Sequence record: MZ444140.1 | Length of the DNA stretch: 64,000 bases | Reading direction: 5' to 3' (one strand) | In this document: positions 18,641-27,808 of the stretch, piece by piece | Numbering within the stretch: position 1 is the first letter of the stretch | Layout of the letters: each line of letters begins with the position of its first letter | The notes under the pieces: generated by a model | What the model was told of the DNA's origin: nothing | Databases searched by the model: none | The model's input: the letters and a program-made list of their open reading frames with translations, nothing else | Program-made: the position numbers and the translations under genes

Positions 18641-19102
18641 TTAGTAAACACCATTGACAATAGCATCGCGGAAACGAGACCATTCCGTTTGACCAACTAC
18701 GAATACTCGTTCTTTAGGACGCCATAGATGATCACCGCAGTCAAGACCCAAGTAAAGCATATTGGTTTTCCAATGATTGCGATGAACACGTAGTTTAGCT
18801 GATACACTGAACTCACACATTACTTCATTTACATCAAGATGTGTTAGTGTATCACTAATCATACCTGACATACTGATACCAATTGATTTACGAACTCGGA
18901 TTAGATCCTCAGTCATCACCCGCCAAGTTACCAGATGCTCGTAATACTCATCTGGGGTCATGTTGTTTTTATAATTCAGTGCACCTGGAGTCATTGACAT
19001 CCAGTTAGTGAACTGGGAAGTCATGTAATACATCCAATCACTATTATGACGGAGTTCTTTAAGCTTCTCTTGTATTACGATATTAGTAGTTGCTTTAGTC
19101 AT
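18641..19102 (-). CDS. hypothetical protein
   Basis: ORF overlapping neighbour. Confidence 0.7.
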   Translation of the reverse strand: MTKATTNIVIQEKLKELRHNSDWMYYMTSQFTNWMSMTPGALNYKNNMTPDEYYEHLVTWRVMTEDLIRVRKSIGISMSGMISDTLTHLDVNEVMCEFSVSAKLRVHRNHWKTNMLYLGLDCGDHLWRPKERVFVVGQTEWSRFRDAIVNGVY

Positions 19103-19535
19103 CTACGTAACCCTCATCAGATACATAAGTACGTTCAGGGCTGAACACATATTTGATGTTATTAATTACAGCTGTGATATAAACCTGATATTCTTTTGAA
19201 ATAGATTCCATCAGTTCAATAGATACGGAATTTGAACTCTGAATAAGTTTATTTACTTTCTTTAGTTCATCAAATTCTAACCGACCGTAGATTACACCAA
19301 CATCTCTGAAACTGATAACTGGATAGTGTTTCCAAATATAACAATTCAGTTTACCAAGATGAATTACTTGAATTGTTTCATCGCACCATTGTTTCTTTTT
19401 CTTATTGTAGTATTCAACACGACGTTCGATGAAGACGCGAGTACCAGAAACAGAGGTGTACGCATTCAGTTCATAACCATACTTATGGTCAACGTTATTT
19501 GGGTCTTGGCGCCATTTTGGGATGAACGCTTTCAT
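19095..19535 (-). CDS. hypothetical protein
   Basis: SD AAGGA. Confidence 0.7.
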   Translation of the reverse strand: MKAFIPKWRQDPNNVDHKYGYELNAYTSVSGTRVFIERRVEYYNKKKKQWCDETIQVIHLGKLNCYIWKHYPVISFRDVGVIYGRLEFDELKKVNKLIQSSNSVSIELMESISKEYQVYITAVINNIKYVFSPERTYVSDEGYVDD

Positions 19536-19562
19536 TTGTATTTTCCTTTTTACGAAATAGAA

Positions 19563-19580
19563 GCCCTCCCGAAGGAGGGC
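19563..19580 (-). terminator. intrinsic terminator
   Basis: GCCCTCC-CGAA-GGAGGGC. Confidence 0.75.
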
Positions 19581-19593
19581 AATTATACCATTA

Positions 19594-19893
19594 TTAAATT
19601 ACGAGTCTATATACTTCTTTTAATTTCTCACCAGGGGTAGCTAGATAATCGACATTATATTTAATAGCAATTACACCCACAAGTTCTTTTCTCAGTAGTA
19701 GTTCTACCTGATCGCATAATTTATCGATAGCTTCATCTTCTACATCCTCGTATAATGGATATTGACTATAAATATTATCAGGTGTAAGTACAGACAGTTT
19801 CAATTCCCCATCTTTACCAATGACTGGGTGATATGTCTGTTTAAGACCTTTACAATGATAGTGATAGGTAATGCGCTGCTGTTTAGTGGTCAT
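19594..19893 (-). CDS. hypothetical protein (likely start MTTK)
   Basis: SD GAGG before 19893. Confidence 0.65.
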   Translation of the reverse strand: MTTKQQRITYHYHCKGLKQTYHPVIGKDGELKLSVLTPDNIYSQYPLYEDVEDEAIDKLCDQVELLLRKELVGVIAIKYNVDYLATPGEKLKEVYRLVI

Positions 19894-19904
19894 GTAAAGA
19901 TACC

Positions 19905-20426
19905 TCAAATAAACCGTTGGGTAGTTCCGTCTTTAAAGACAGTTAGTTGATTAACATCTTTCAATGAATTATCTGCAATATTCTTAGCCAATAGCAGTAG
20001 ATCATTGTGATATGTTTTAATGAGAACTTTAAGCCTCTCCCTCTGTTTATAGCGGAAACCTTTATTAATCACAGTAACTCCATCTGGGTTATTTTTATAA
20101 TTCAGTACAGTGATTGGTGTATTCGGTACAAAGACGGCTAGTTCGTCATCGAATACAATGTAAACCATCACTTTATAATTATTAACCGATTCTTGGAATT
20201 GTTGTGTGATTACATTATAGTCTTTTGTGCGATGACTAAGAAATAGCTCTCTATTAGCTCGGCAGAAACTATGTCGTGCTTCTTTATCAGCACTCATAAC
20301 AGCGATACCACGGATAATGAATTTATTATCTAAGGTATATTTTCTTTGAGACATTGCATAATCGACTACATCAACATCACCGCCGAATAGTACGGCATTT
20401 TCACCATATCCACAAATAAGAGCCAT
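19905..20426 (-). CDS. hypothetical protein
   Basis: ORF in operon. Confidence 0.7.
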   Translation of the reverse strand: MALICGYGENAVLFGGDVDVVDYAMSQRKYTLDNKFIIRGIAVMSADKEARHSFCRANRELFLSHRTKDYNVITQQFQESVNNYKVMVYIVFDDELAVFVPNTPITVLNYKNNPDGVTVINKGFRYKQRERLKVLIKTYHNDLLLLAKNIADNSLKDVNQLTVFKDGTTQRFI

Positions 20427-20440
20427 TTATAATTACCTGT

Positions 20441-20800
20441 TTAAAAATTATATTCAATAAATTGGAGAGTGAATAGTTCACTACATTCCCATGTACGACT
20501 TGCTAATTTATATTTACCTTTAACAGGTAAGTCATATTCATGTAATGCCTTTTCTACTGAACCTGCCTCATGATTGGCTAATAGCACCTGTCTAGCTTTT
20601 ATGATTTCTGAGCAATTAACTAACTCATAATCATCTCGCTTTGGTGTCCAAATGGCAACATTGGTGCCTGGCTTTCTAGCATACCAGAGTACATCATGGC
20701 CCTCTGGATTAATAATAGAGATGTATAGCTGACGTGCAGCGGGTAACCATAAGTTACGTGGATCATATTCTCCATTAACATCAAAGAATTTAAATATCAT
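20441..20800 (-). CDS. hypothetical protein
   Basis: ATGA overlap with upstream gene. Confidence 0.7.
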   Translation of the reverse strand: MIFKFFDVNGEYDPRNLWLPAARQLYISIINPEGHDVLWYARKPGTNVAIWTPKRDDYELVNCSEIIKARQVLLANHEAGSVEKALHEYDLPVKGKYKLASRTWECSELFTLQFIEYNF

Positions 20801-21036
20801 AGAGTTGGAACCGGTTTTGATGGATCAGCAATTAGTGCAGATTCGTCTACATAAACCATTGCAAAGTTTTCACCTTCTTTACGAATACCAGTAGAAGGTG
20901 TTTTCGATGGATCATAAACGATAATTTGGCACTGCTGTCCAGCTGTTAAATAAGTTGGGCCAGTTAATGCATTGGGTTTTGGATGAGGAATATCAATTTT
21001 AGTAATACAATATTGACCAGTACGAAACTCACGCAT
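20797..21036 (-). CDS. small SH3-like beta protein (tentative)
   Basis: FRTGQYC...AGQQCQII pattern. Confidence 0.5.
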   Translation of the reverse strand: MREFRTGQYCITKIDIPHPKPNALTGPTYLTAGQQCQIIVYDPSKTPSTGIRKEGENFAMVYVDESALIADPSKPVPTL

Positions 21037-21048
21037 TATATTAACCTC

Positions 21049-21735
21049 TTAATGAATAACTGTTGCAGAAGGACGACATTTCATAGTTTTAAAAATGTCA
21101 GTAGGATAGATATTACCAGCTTGTCCGAAAGGTTTATCGGCTAGAAGAAACTGCGGACAAACTGTTTGTAGATAACCACTATCAGTGGGTAGGAATCCTT
21201 CAATATCACTGATGAGAATTTGCCAGATGGGCAATTGGTTATAATAGTCATCCATATTGTAGTATGCGTGGAGTTTACCACCAAAACCATATACAAATTG
21301 ACGAGTATCAATTAGGCGAATACCAAATTTAGGTTGGCGCCCCATCCGTTGATCTTCTTCAAATGCACTCAGTAAATCTGCAATCTCTACGCCACCCGTG
21401 ATCTGTTTCACTTCTTTTAATTTTTCAAAAATGGCGTAAAAGGTATTTACTGCCGATTCCTTAGTAATGCAGGCAGTGATCACCAGTTCAGGAAAGAGTG
21501 GATCTTCTTTATTACATCCACACGTGTAATAAACAACATTGGAACCAATATCACCTTCTCGTTCAACCACGGCAAAAGGTTTTTTGGATAGTTTCATTTG
21601 CTTTTCAATTAACTGTCTGCTATTCTCACGAATAGATTCATATTCGTGACTGGCCTTAAAAATAGGTGCTTTGTAATCTATCTCTTTTGGTTCTACTAGA
21701 TCACTTGCCGATTTGATAACTAATGGATTACTCAT
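21049..21735 (-). CDS. DUF4262-like protein (tentative)
   Basis: VYYTCG...FPELVITA motif. Confidence 0.45.
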   Translation of the reverse strand: MSNPLVIKSASDLVEPKEIDYKAPIFKASHEYESIRENSRQLIEKQMKLSKKPFAVVEREGDIGSNVVYYTCGCNKEDPLFPELVITACITKESAVNTFYAIFEKLKEVKQITGGVEIADLLSAFEEDQRMGRQPKFGIRLIDTRQFVYGFGGKLHAYYNMDDYYNQLPIWQILISDIEGFLPTDSGYLQTVCPQFLLADKPFGQAGNIYPTDIFKTMKCRPSATVIH

Positions 21736-21763
21736 TGTATATTTCCTTTTCTTATATAAGAAA

Positions 21764-21783
21764 AGGGAGGTATTACCCTCCCT
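21764..21783 (-). terminator. intrinsic terminator
   Basis: AGGGAGG-TATTAC-CCTCCCT, TTT on minus. Confidence 0.65.
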
Positions 21784-22117
21784 AATTAAGCATTAAATAT
21801 TTAGGTTCAGTAGTGGCTCGGATCTTAGCAATAAGTGCTTTTTGATCACTAACCTTACTAATGGGATATTCTAATAAACGTAAATCCATGTCCCGATGTA
21901 CTAAACCTAACATTGCCTTATTTTGATGACTATTATTACGTAATGCAGCGATATGTTTATCAACTTCATTACTAACAGTCTTTGAAAGCCCTACCAAATA
22001 CTTCCCAGTTGCAATGTGTTCAATAACATAAACACCTGCTCCAACTATTTCGCTTCTTTTCCCACGACCGTGCGAAGTACTTGACCAACTATAACACTTA
22101 TCATCAACTATAAACAT
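21782..22117 (-). CDS. stand-alone GIY-YIG-fold protein, probably catalytically degenerate
   Basis: GVYVIEHIATGKYLVG...KH...L. Confidence 0.6.
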   Translation of the reverse strand: MFIVDDKCYSWSSTSHGRGKRSEIVGAGVYVIEHIATGKYLVGLSKTVSNEVDKHIAALRNNSHQNKAMLGLVHRDMDLRLLEYPISKVSDQKALIAKIRATTEPKYLMLN

Positions 22118-22160
22118 GGTTAATTCCCGTCCTATAACTATCTAATTGGACGGTCAAGTA

Positions 22161-22523
22161 TTAGCTACCAGTCCATGAATACTTATCATAAACTAACCAC
22201 ATTGAATGGATCTTATTGATGATATTGAAAATAGGTTCTTGGACCTCTTCAAAATCACCTAGGTTAGCTGCCAGATTGGCCATGTATTGGAATAGCCACT
22301 CAATTGACACATCCACTAGATTGGTAAATGGGATACTGGCATATGGGATTTGCTTTGACATACCAAACTGATAAACCTTAGCAAACCATGCATCCAACAT
22401 TGCAACATCTGCTTTAAGCATCCAATTAATTTCAGCAGGATGTGCGCCATAGGTGATGTTAAATAAATCACCAGTAACTGTTTTAACAAGCATTTCCACT
22501 TCAGTCGCATTAAATTCAATCAT
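22161..22523 (-). CDS. hypothetical protein
   Basis: ORF in operon. Confidence 0.7.
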   Translation of the reverse strand: MIEFNATEVEMLVKTVTGDLFNITYGAHPAEINWMLKADVAMLDAWFAKVYQFGMSKQIPYASIPFTNLVDVSIEWLFQYMANLAANLGDFEEVQEPIFNIINKIHSMWLVYDKYSWTGS

Positions 22524-22524
22524 C

Positions 22525-22902
22525 TCAACCCACCTTTAGTTTACTGCAATATAGTCTAAACTTAAGAATATCCTCTACTAAGTTAGACCACAGGGTATAC
22601 CTATTTCGTGATGCATTTACTTCTTCAATCTTAGCATTTATATTTTGGCGAAGAACTTTGTAATGCTGATACGCATTAGTCGCATGTTTAGAGAACATGA
22701 TGATAATATCATCAGGACTTTTATTTAGCACATCAGCTAGTGAATCATCATCATATATTTCAATAAGTGTATTAACGATACGATGATGAAGATGGGTTAG
22801 TAATTGGTAAATATGATATTCGCTACCAATATAATCACCTTTTATAAAAGCTCTTTTACTGTAGAAGATCTGTGCAGTATCTCTTATGCATTCAAGTTTC
22901 AT
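22525..22902 (-). CDS. hypothetical protein
   Basis: ATGA overlap. Confidence 0.7.
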   Translation of the reverse strand: MKLECIRDTAQIFYSKRAFIKGDYIGSEYHIYQLLTHLHHRIVNTLIEIYDDDSLADVLNKSPDDIIIMFSKHATNAYQHYKVLRQNINAKIEEVNASRNRYTLWSNLVEDILKFRLYCSKLKVG

Positions 22903-23111
22903 TGTGCATTAACCTGATGTAGATGAACATAAAATCCATTACTAGGACCACTATTAGATGGATAAACTAACAGATGGTCTCCATTAACAGATTCGATTAT
23001 AACTACAGTACCAGCTTTACATAGTGTAAGATCATAACCGCATTCACCGGTGCTATTAATAATATCTGTATTGACTACAACTTTGTCACCGGCTTTAAAT
23101 GAATTTGACAT
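22899..23111 (-). CDS. small SH3-like protein (tentative)
   Basis: FKAGDKVVV...AGTVVII. Confidence 0.55.
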   Translation of the reverse strand: MSNSFKAGDKVVVNTDIINSTGECGYDLTLCKAGTVVIIESVNGDHLLVYPSNSGPSNGFYVHLHQVNAQ

Positions 23112-23119
23112 ATACCACC

Positions 23120-23422
23120 TCAGTTATATGCGTGAAGAATATCATCCATATCTGTACATTGTACAGTTTCAATTTGATTATAATTGTCGGCATTTAAAAC
23201 TCTAAAGCCGCCTTCGGGATTACCCTCATCAACGCCTAATACGGTTAGGTCATCTCCTTCATCGGCAAACTTCCATTCTAGATAACCATTCTTTTTACAG
23301 GTTCTCATGATCCATATGTCTTGTGTTGCTTGTAGGATCATACCAACTTGAACTTTATTTTTAGCAATAAGGTTAATGCCATTAACTAGCGCGTTTGCTA
23401 GACAGCTCACTGTTGTACTCAT
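23120..23422 (-). CDS. small SH3-like protein (tentative)
   Basis: VQVGMILQA...EGDDLTVL. Confidence 0.5.
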   Translation of the reverse strand: MSTTVSCLANALVNGINLIAKNKVQVGMILQATQDIWIMRTCKKNGYLEWKFADEGDDLTVLGVDEGNPEGGFRVLNADNYNQIETVQCTDMDDILHAYN

Positions 23423-23534
23423 TTCTTTTTACCTCTTTACTACTTTTATCTTCAGTTAACCATGACTTGTTAAAGATACTATTTATGATGGGATTGAATT
23501 TCGGTGATTCTTTCTTTTTCTGATCTGTATCCAT
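23382..23534 (-). CDS. possible 50-aa protein (MDTDQKKESPKF...)
   Basis: Hand translation; SD AGGTG; overlaps next gene. Confidence 0.4.
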   Translation of the reverse strand: MDTDQKKKESPKFNPIINSIFNKSWLTEDKSSKEVKRNEYNSELSSKRAS

Positions 23535-23714
23535 CGATATCACCTATACTAATAATTTTATTAATACCAACTAATGTACTACTTAAAATAGCTATAATCA
23601 AAAACAGTGCTACATATTTGATTCCTTCCATTTTGAGTACCTCAAATAATGATTACCTAACTTAGCATGGTTATTATATATTTTTAAATTTACTTATAAT
23701 AAACCATTTATGCA

Positions 23715-24017
23715 TTATGGCAATAGTTCACTGTATTTAGGATAGTTATCAACCACCCATTGGTTAGACATATACTTAGGAGTATCACCTAGTAGTTTAG
23801 TATAGGTTAGAAGATAGATTATCTGCGCTTTATTAAAGTCTAATCCAACCTCTTCCCAACCAGCGCGGTACTGCTCCACCTTATCACCATGTGCGCTAAT
23901 TAGCCCGGCACAGGACTCAATATACCGATCTTCACCGGCGAATACAGTGCTAATGAACTTATCAGTATTAGCCAACATATACGACGCCGAGTCAATTACT
24001 TTATTTTCCATGTTCAT
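23715..24017 (-). CDS. hypothetical protein; start reassigned to MNMENK
   Basis: The longer ORF runs through terminator 24054. Confidence 0.7.
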   Translation of the reverse strand: MNMENKVIDSASYMLANTDKFISTVFAGEDRYIESCAGLISAHGDKVEQYRAGWEEVGLDFNKAQIIYLLTYTKLLGDTPKYMSNQWVVDNYPKYSELLP

Positions 24018-24053
24018 TTTTGAGTTACCTATGTATATTAAAAGGATATAAAA

Positions 24054-24071
24054 GCCTCCCCGAAGGGAGGC
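24054..24071 (-). terminator. intrinsic terminator
   Basis: GCCTCCC-CGAA-GGGAGGC. Confidence 0.8.
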
Positions 24072-24081
24072 CATTATGTTG

Positions 24082-24516
24082 TTACACTGTGAAACGAATT
24101 GATACCCCACAAATAGGACTATTTGAATCTGTCCAAATTTTAGCTGTACCATCATTTTTAATAGTTACACAATAACCCCAGCGAAGATTATTTATTTTAG
24201 TGGTATACCCACTTTTAAATACAATCATGTCTTTATAAAGCTGTGGAATAGTTGGTACTTTTTTAGACTGCATTTTACCAGATAAATCACGATAGTAGAG
24301 TTTATCTACAATCACATTATCAAATTTTTTATAATCACCAAAGACTTCAGATAGATTAAACACTACCCCATCTGCTTTTAATGGGGCTGTCATAAAACTA
24401 CCTTGCTCAGTTGTAACCATACTGATAGCAACATCATGGTCTAATAGAAATCGAGTTTCACCAATAGTTTTCTTATATACTGGGAAACTTCCTAGCGGTT
24501 GTAGAACACTCATCAT
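24082..24516 (-). CDS. hypothetical protein
   Basis: SD AGGAG. Confidence 0.7.
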   Translation of the reverse strand: MMSVLQPLGSFPVYKKTIGETRFLLDHDVAISMVTTEQGSFMTAPLKADGVVFNLSEVFGDYKKFDNVIVDKLYYRDLSGKMQSKKVPTIPQLYKDMIVFKSGYTTKINNLRWGYCVTIKNDGTAKIWTDSNSPICGVSIRFTV

Positions 24517-24549
24517 TAACTCCTGATTGACGGTCTATAAAATTGACCA

Positions 24550-24996
24550 TTATAAACCTTTATAGCATTCTACACTAATTTTCTTTATGGTCATATCAAA
24601 CTCACTATCAACATACTCATTGTCATGATAGTACTCATCTGAATAACCGATGAGTTTTTTCTGGTTATGATAATTTAAAAAGAAAATAACACGCATTACA
24701 ATACAAGCATGTTCGGGGTGATTAAGATATAATTCTTTCTTATCTAGGTCTAAATAAAGTGTTTTTATTTGAACTGGTTCATTAGTGAAAACTAGTTTTA
24801 CAGGGTTATCCAGTCGTATTACCTTAGGTTCACTATTAAAAAATGTATCGCCAGATTCGCCTAAGTAATATGTAATTGATTTAACATAATAGGCTATATC
24901 TTCGGTTTTCTCTAACCGGGTTATACAATAACCGGTTATGACTGAAAGAACAAATAATGATAAAATAACTAATATAATCTCAGTCACATTGACCAC
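24550..24996 (-). CDS. N-terminally anchored membrane protein
   Basis: Hydrophobic IILVILSLFVLSVITG. Confidence 0.65.
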   Translation of the reverse strand: MVNVTEIILVILSLFVLSVITGYCITRLEKTEDIAYYVKSITYYLGESGDTFFNSEPKVIRLDNPVKLVFTNEPVQIKTLYLDLDKKELYLNHPEHACIVMRVIFFLNYHNQKKLIGYSDEYYHDNEYVDSEFDMTIKKISVECYKGL

Positions 24997-25276
24997 CTGT
25001 ATAAAGTGTTGTTATGTCGATACACTGTGAAACAGAATGTTTACATGGAATAAATATTTCATCGATGGTTAAATCATTATCAATAGGTTGAATACTTTCT
25101 AATCTGCCAAATCCATCACAGTTAAATTTAAGTGCTGGATAACCTTCAATGCCCATGCTAACCCAACTATTTCTATTTTTAGTTACATGGTTGAATTTAA
25201 AATTACGCATCTTTCCTAGAAATTCAATTGTCCATGTAGCATCCTTCTGTTTCTTCAAATGGTAATATTTATTCAT
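24980..25276 (-). CDS. hypothetical protein
   Basis: ORF in operon. Confidence 0.65.
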   Translation of the reverse strand: MNKYYHLKKQKDATWTIEFLGKMRNFKFNHVTKNRNSWVSMGIEGYPALKFNCDGFGRLESIQPIDNDLTIDEIFIPCKHSVSQCIDITTLYTGGQCD

Positions 25277-25322
25277 TAGTATCCACCATTATTAAGATTA
25301 GTTTCAGTCTATTAAATAGATA

Positions 25323-25340
25323 GGGGGTCTAAAGACCCCC
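25323..25340 (-). terminator. probable terminator hairpin
   Basis: GGGGGTCT-AA-AGACCCCC. Confidence 0.65.
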
Positions 25341-25354
25341 ATTTTCATAATTAA

Positions 25355-25774
25355 TTAGAATGCAGAAATAGTCAACTCATTGCACTTAGCGGCAGCGAGT
25401 TTTTCCCAATCTTCTTCATGTTCCATCAAGCATTCAATTACTACATGCATGGACCATGACTCGCCATCAATATTTGCAAATACAAAGAAACCATCATCAA
25501 GCTCAGTGATACCACTAATCAGATTATTTTTGATCAGGTACACCAATTGATCATTAACGATTTTAACTTCATGATCAATGAGATGGCTGACATATTTGCT
25601 AGTGATATCAAACACTTCTTTTGATGAAAGTGACCCATCCCGTTTGACAGCAGTTAGGCTCCAATTAACCAAAGATGGTGAACACCAATGAAGACCATGC
25701 ACATTCATCAAAACTGGATGTTTGTTATCCATAGCTTTTACAGAATAAGCCCAATACTTTTCATTAAGATACAT
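25355..25774 (-). CDS. hypothetical protein
   Basis: SD AAGGA. Confidence 0.7.
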   Translation of the reverse strand: MYLNEKYWAYSVKAMDNKHPVLMNVHGLHWCSPSLVNWSLTAVKRDGSLSSKEVFDITSKYVSHLIDHEVKIVNDQLVYLIKNNLISGITELDDGFFVFANIDGESWSMHVVIECLMEHEEDWEKLAAAKCNELTISAF

Positions 25775-25799
25775 TTATATTTCCTTTTTTCCAGATTGA

Positions 25800-26078
25800 T
25801 TATTTTATTACAATGCCTTCAGCATTGCGTACTGCTTCTTTAGCAAATTGAACATCTCCAAATACATGTTCAATAAACTTTGATGCATCTGACTCAGCTA
25901 CATTACTTGATGGTAGTTTTACAGTCTTAGTAATCTTACCAGGATAATAGAGGATGATATCCCATCCATCACTTTCTTTAACAGAGCGAATTTTTAGAAT
26001 AGGTTCTTCTTTATCAAGGTGTTCAAGACTAACGCCACTTTTGACAGCAGCTTCAAATACTACATCAGAGATAGACAT
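25800..26078 (-). CDS. hypothetical protein
   Basis: SD AAGG. Confidence 0.7.
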   Translation of the reverse strand: MSISDVVFEAAVKSGVSLEHLDKEEPILKIRSVKESDGWDIILYYPGKITKTVKLPSSNVAESDASKFIEHVFGDVQFAKEAVRNAEGIVIK

Positions 26079-26105
26079 ATTAGTTACCTTCTTGAAAGAA
26101 AGCGG

Positions 26106-26339
26106 TCATGCGACCGCATCTTTAATCAGCGAGATAATTCGCGCTGATGGTTCGCGCCAAAATTCAATACGTACATTATTGAATTGGCTATCGTGATGCA
26201 TGAAAGCTGATGATTGCTTTGCAGCATCGTGATTCATAATAGAACGTAGCTGGATAATATTTTTGTCTTTGAGTCGGATACCATCCAGATCAATAACTTT
26301 CAGTCCAGAGTTCATAGTTTTTACAGTTACATGTTGCAT
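26106..26339 (-). CDS. hypothetical protein
   Basis: SD AAGGA. Confidence 0.65.
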   Translation of the reverse strand: MQHVTVKTMNSGLKVIDLDGIRLKDKNIIQLRSIMNHDAAKQSSAFMHHDSQFNNVRIEFWREPSARIISLIKDAVA

Positions 26340-26378
26340 TTACAATTTCCTTTTAGTTAGATTAAAAATATGAATAAA

Positions 26379-26591
26379 TTACTTCTTCTTCCACACGTTT
26401 ATTTCTACGATGGAATTACGTTTCATCCGACGGCGGATAGATTTGGCAGCCTTCTCTGTTTCCTCAGTCCAACCACCACCATAGATAGTGTGATGTTCAT
26501 TGATCTGAGTATGAAGGTTATGAGTAGCCATTACGCCACCAAGACCACGTGATTTATAATACTCGATCAATAGATCAGCTTGGTCATTCAT
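26379..26591 (-). CDS. hypothetical protein
   Basis: SD AAGG. Confidence 0.65.
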   Translation of the reverse strand: MNDQADLLIEYYKSRGLGGVMATHNLHTQINEHHTIYGGGWTEETEKAAKSIRRRMKRNSIVEINVWKKK

Positions 26592-26657
26592 GTGTTAACC
26601 TTATCAAATGTAGGGATATCCTCACAAGAATGGGAGTTTAGATGTTGCTGTAGTTCA

Positions 26658-26796
26658 TCAACTATTCACTAGTTTGAAATAATCGACTAATCCATCGGAA
26701 ATGTCGATTGCTTTTCACCGCGTCTACAAACAGATCACGTACTTCACTGAACGTGGCTGCGCGTGGTTCACCAGTGCCTTCGAAATATATAGTCAT
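26658..26796 (-). pseudogene. internally deleted, frameshifted paralogue of 28730-29104
   Basis: MTIYFEGTGEPRAATFSEVRDLFVDAV, then in a shifted frame KAIDISDGLVDYFKLVNS*; these match the N- and C-termini of the 124-aa paralogue. Confidence 0.65.
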
Positions 26797-27212
26797 GATT
26801 TTGCGATAGCCTTGATAAGTTCCAGTTCAAGTTGCACGAGTTCATGATCTGTGATTTCGCGTGAAACACACATGCTACGCCCTGGTCGTTTATACCACGT
26901 GATACAGACATCACGCCAAATAAGCGCACCTCCATCAATATCATTGAGCCTGAAAGTCTCTAGCTCGTCAGTGTTAAGAGAAGGACCACCAGAATGAGGA
27001 TAAAACCTATCGTAATCAATTTCACTATATTTCATCACTAGGATATATAGTGGTGGTGGGACCATTTTCCAATATGAAGCTAATTTAATATCCTCACTTG
27101 GTACAGATGTCCAATACTCTTTTACAGCCTCATTCATTTCTTCTGGTTTAGGAAGTCCACCAACCAGACAATGAACATATTTTGCTACTTCAACTAGACG
27201 TTTATTTTTCAT
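26793..27212 (-). CDS. hypothetical protein
   Basis: SD AGGA. Confidence 0.7.
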   Translation of the reverse strand: MKNKRLVEVAKYVHCLVGGLPKPEEMNEAVKEYWTSVPSEDIKLASYWKMVPPPLYILVMKYSEIDYDRFYPHSGGPSLNTDELETFRLNDIDGGALIWRDVCITWYKRPGRSMCVSREITDHELVQLELELIKAIAKS

Positions 27213-27232
27213 AGTTTGATCCTAATTAAATT

Positions 27233-27763
27233 CTAGAACATCAAAACACCTACATCAGTATCCTTAAGTACTGGTAGGCTAGTAGTAATGATTAATTTGA
27301 TATTACGTTTGGCAATTCCTTCACTGGCATTAAGGATAGCTGCCATAACACCATTACCACCTGTGCGTGTACGCACTACGTTATCAACATCCTCGGCAAT
27401 AATAACAGACCCATTTGGAAAATCTCTAATGAGATTAGCAAATTCAGGATGTTCTAAAACATCAGACCGATCAACTAAATAAATTTTATCGTCCCAGCCT
27501 CGATGATTCAGCATTTCTCTAGTGAGGTTTGACTTACTGGTATCAGGTTTACCAAAAATAGTTAATACATTAGAACTAGATTCAGAAAATATATTCCAAA
27601 GTTCTGCTGGTGTAAAATTGAAGTAAGGATAAAACTTATGGACATCACTAACTGGTTGATATTCTAGACATGTTTCTACAGTTGTAGTCAGTGTACCATT
27701 TGCTGTAAGGTGAATCCTCCTAAGATATTTGGATGGTTTATTATTTAAATAATCATTAGCCAT
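27233..27763 (-). CDS. truncated, Walker-A-degenerate AAA paralogue of 57258-58358 (possible pseudogene)
   Basis: GKPDTSKS, IIAEDVD, AAILNASEG, IIITTSLP; ends before the arginine finger. Confidence 0.65.
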   Translation of the reverse strand: MANDYLNNKPSKYLRRIHLTANGTLTTTVETCLEYQPVSDVHKFYPYFNFTPAELWNIFSESSSNVLTIFGKPDTSKSNLTREMLNHRGWDDKIYLVDRSDVLEHPEFANLIRDFPNGSVIIAEDVDNVVRTRTGGNGVMAAILNASEGIAKRNIKLIITTSLPVLKDTDVGVLMF

Positions 27764-27808
27764 TGTATTTTCCTTTTTAAATAAATAATGAAACTAACTA
27801 TGGTGTTA

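Noticed and set aside
21782-22117. Mobile homing endonuclease
   Set aside because: Too short, with degenerate catalytic residues; listed instead as a dead GIY-YIG fold
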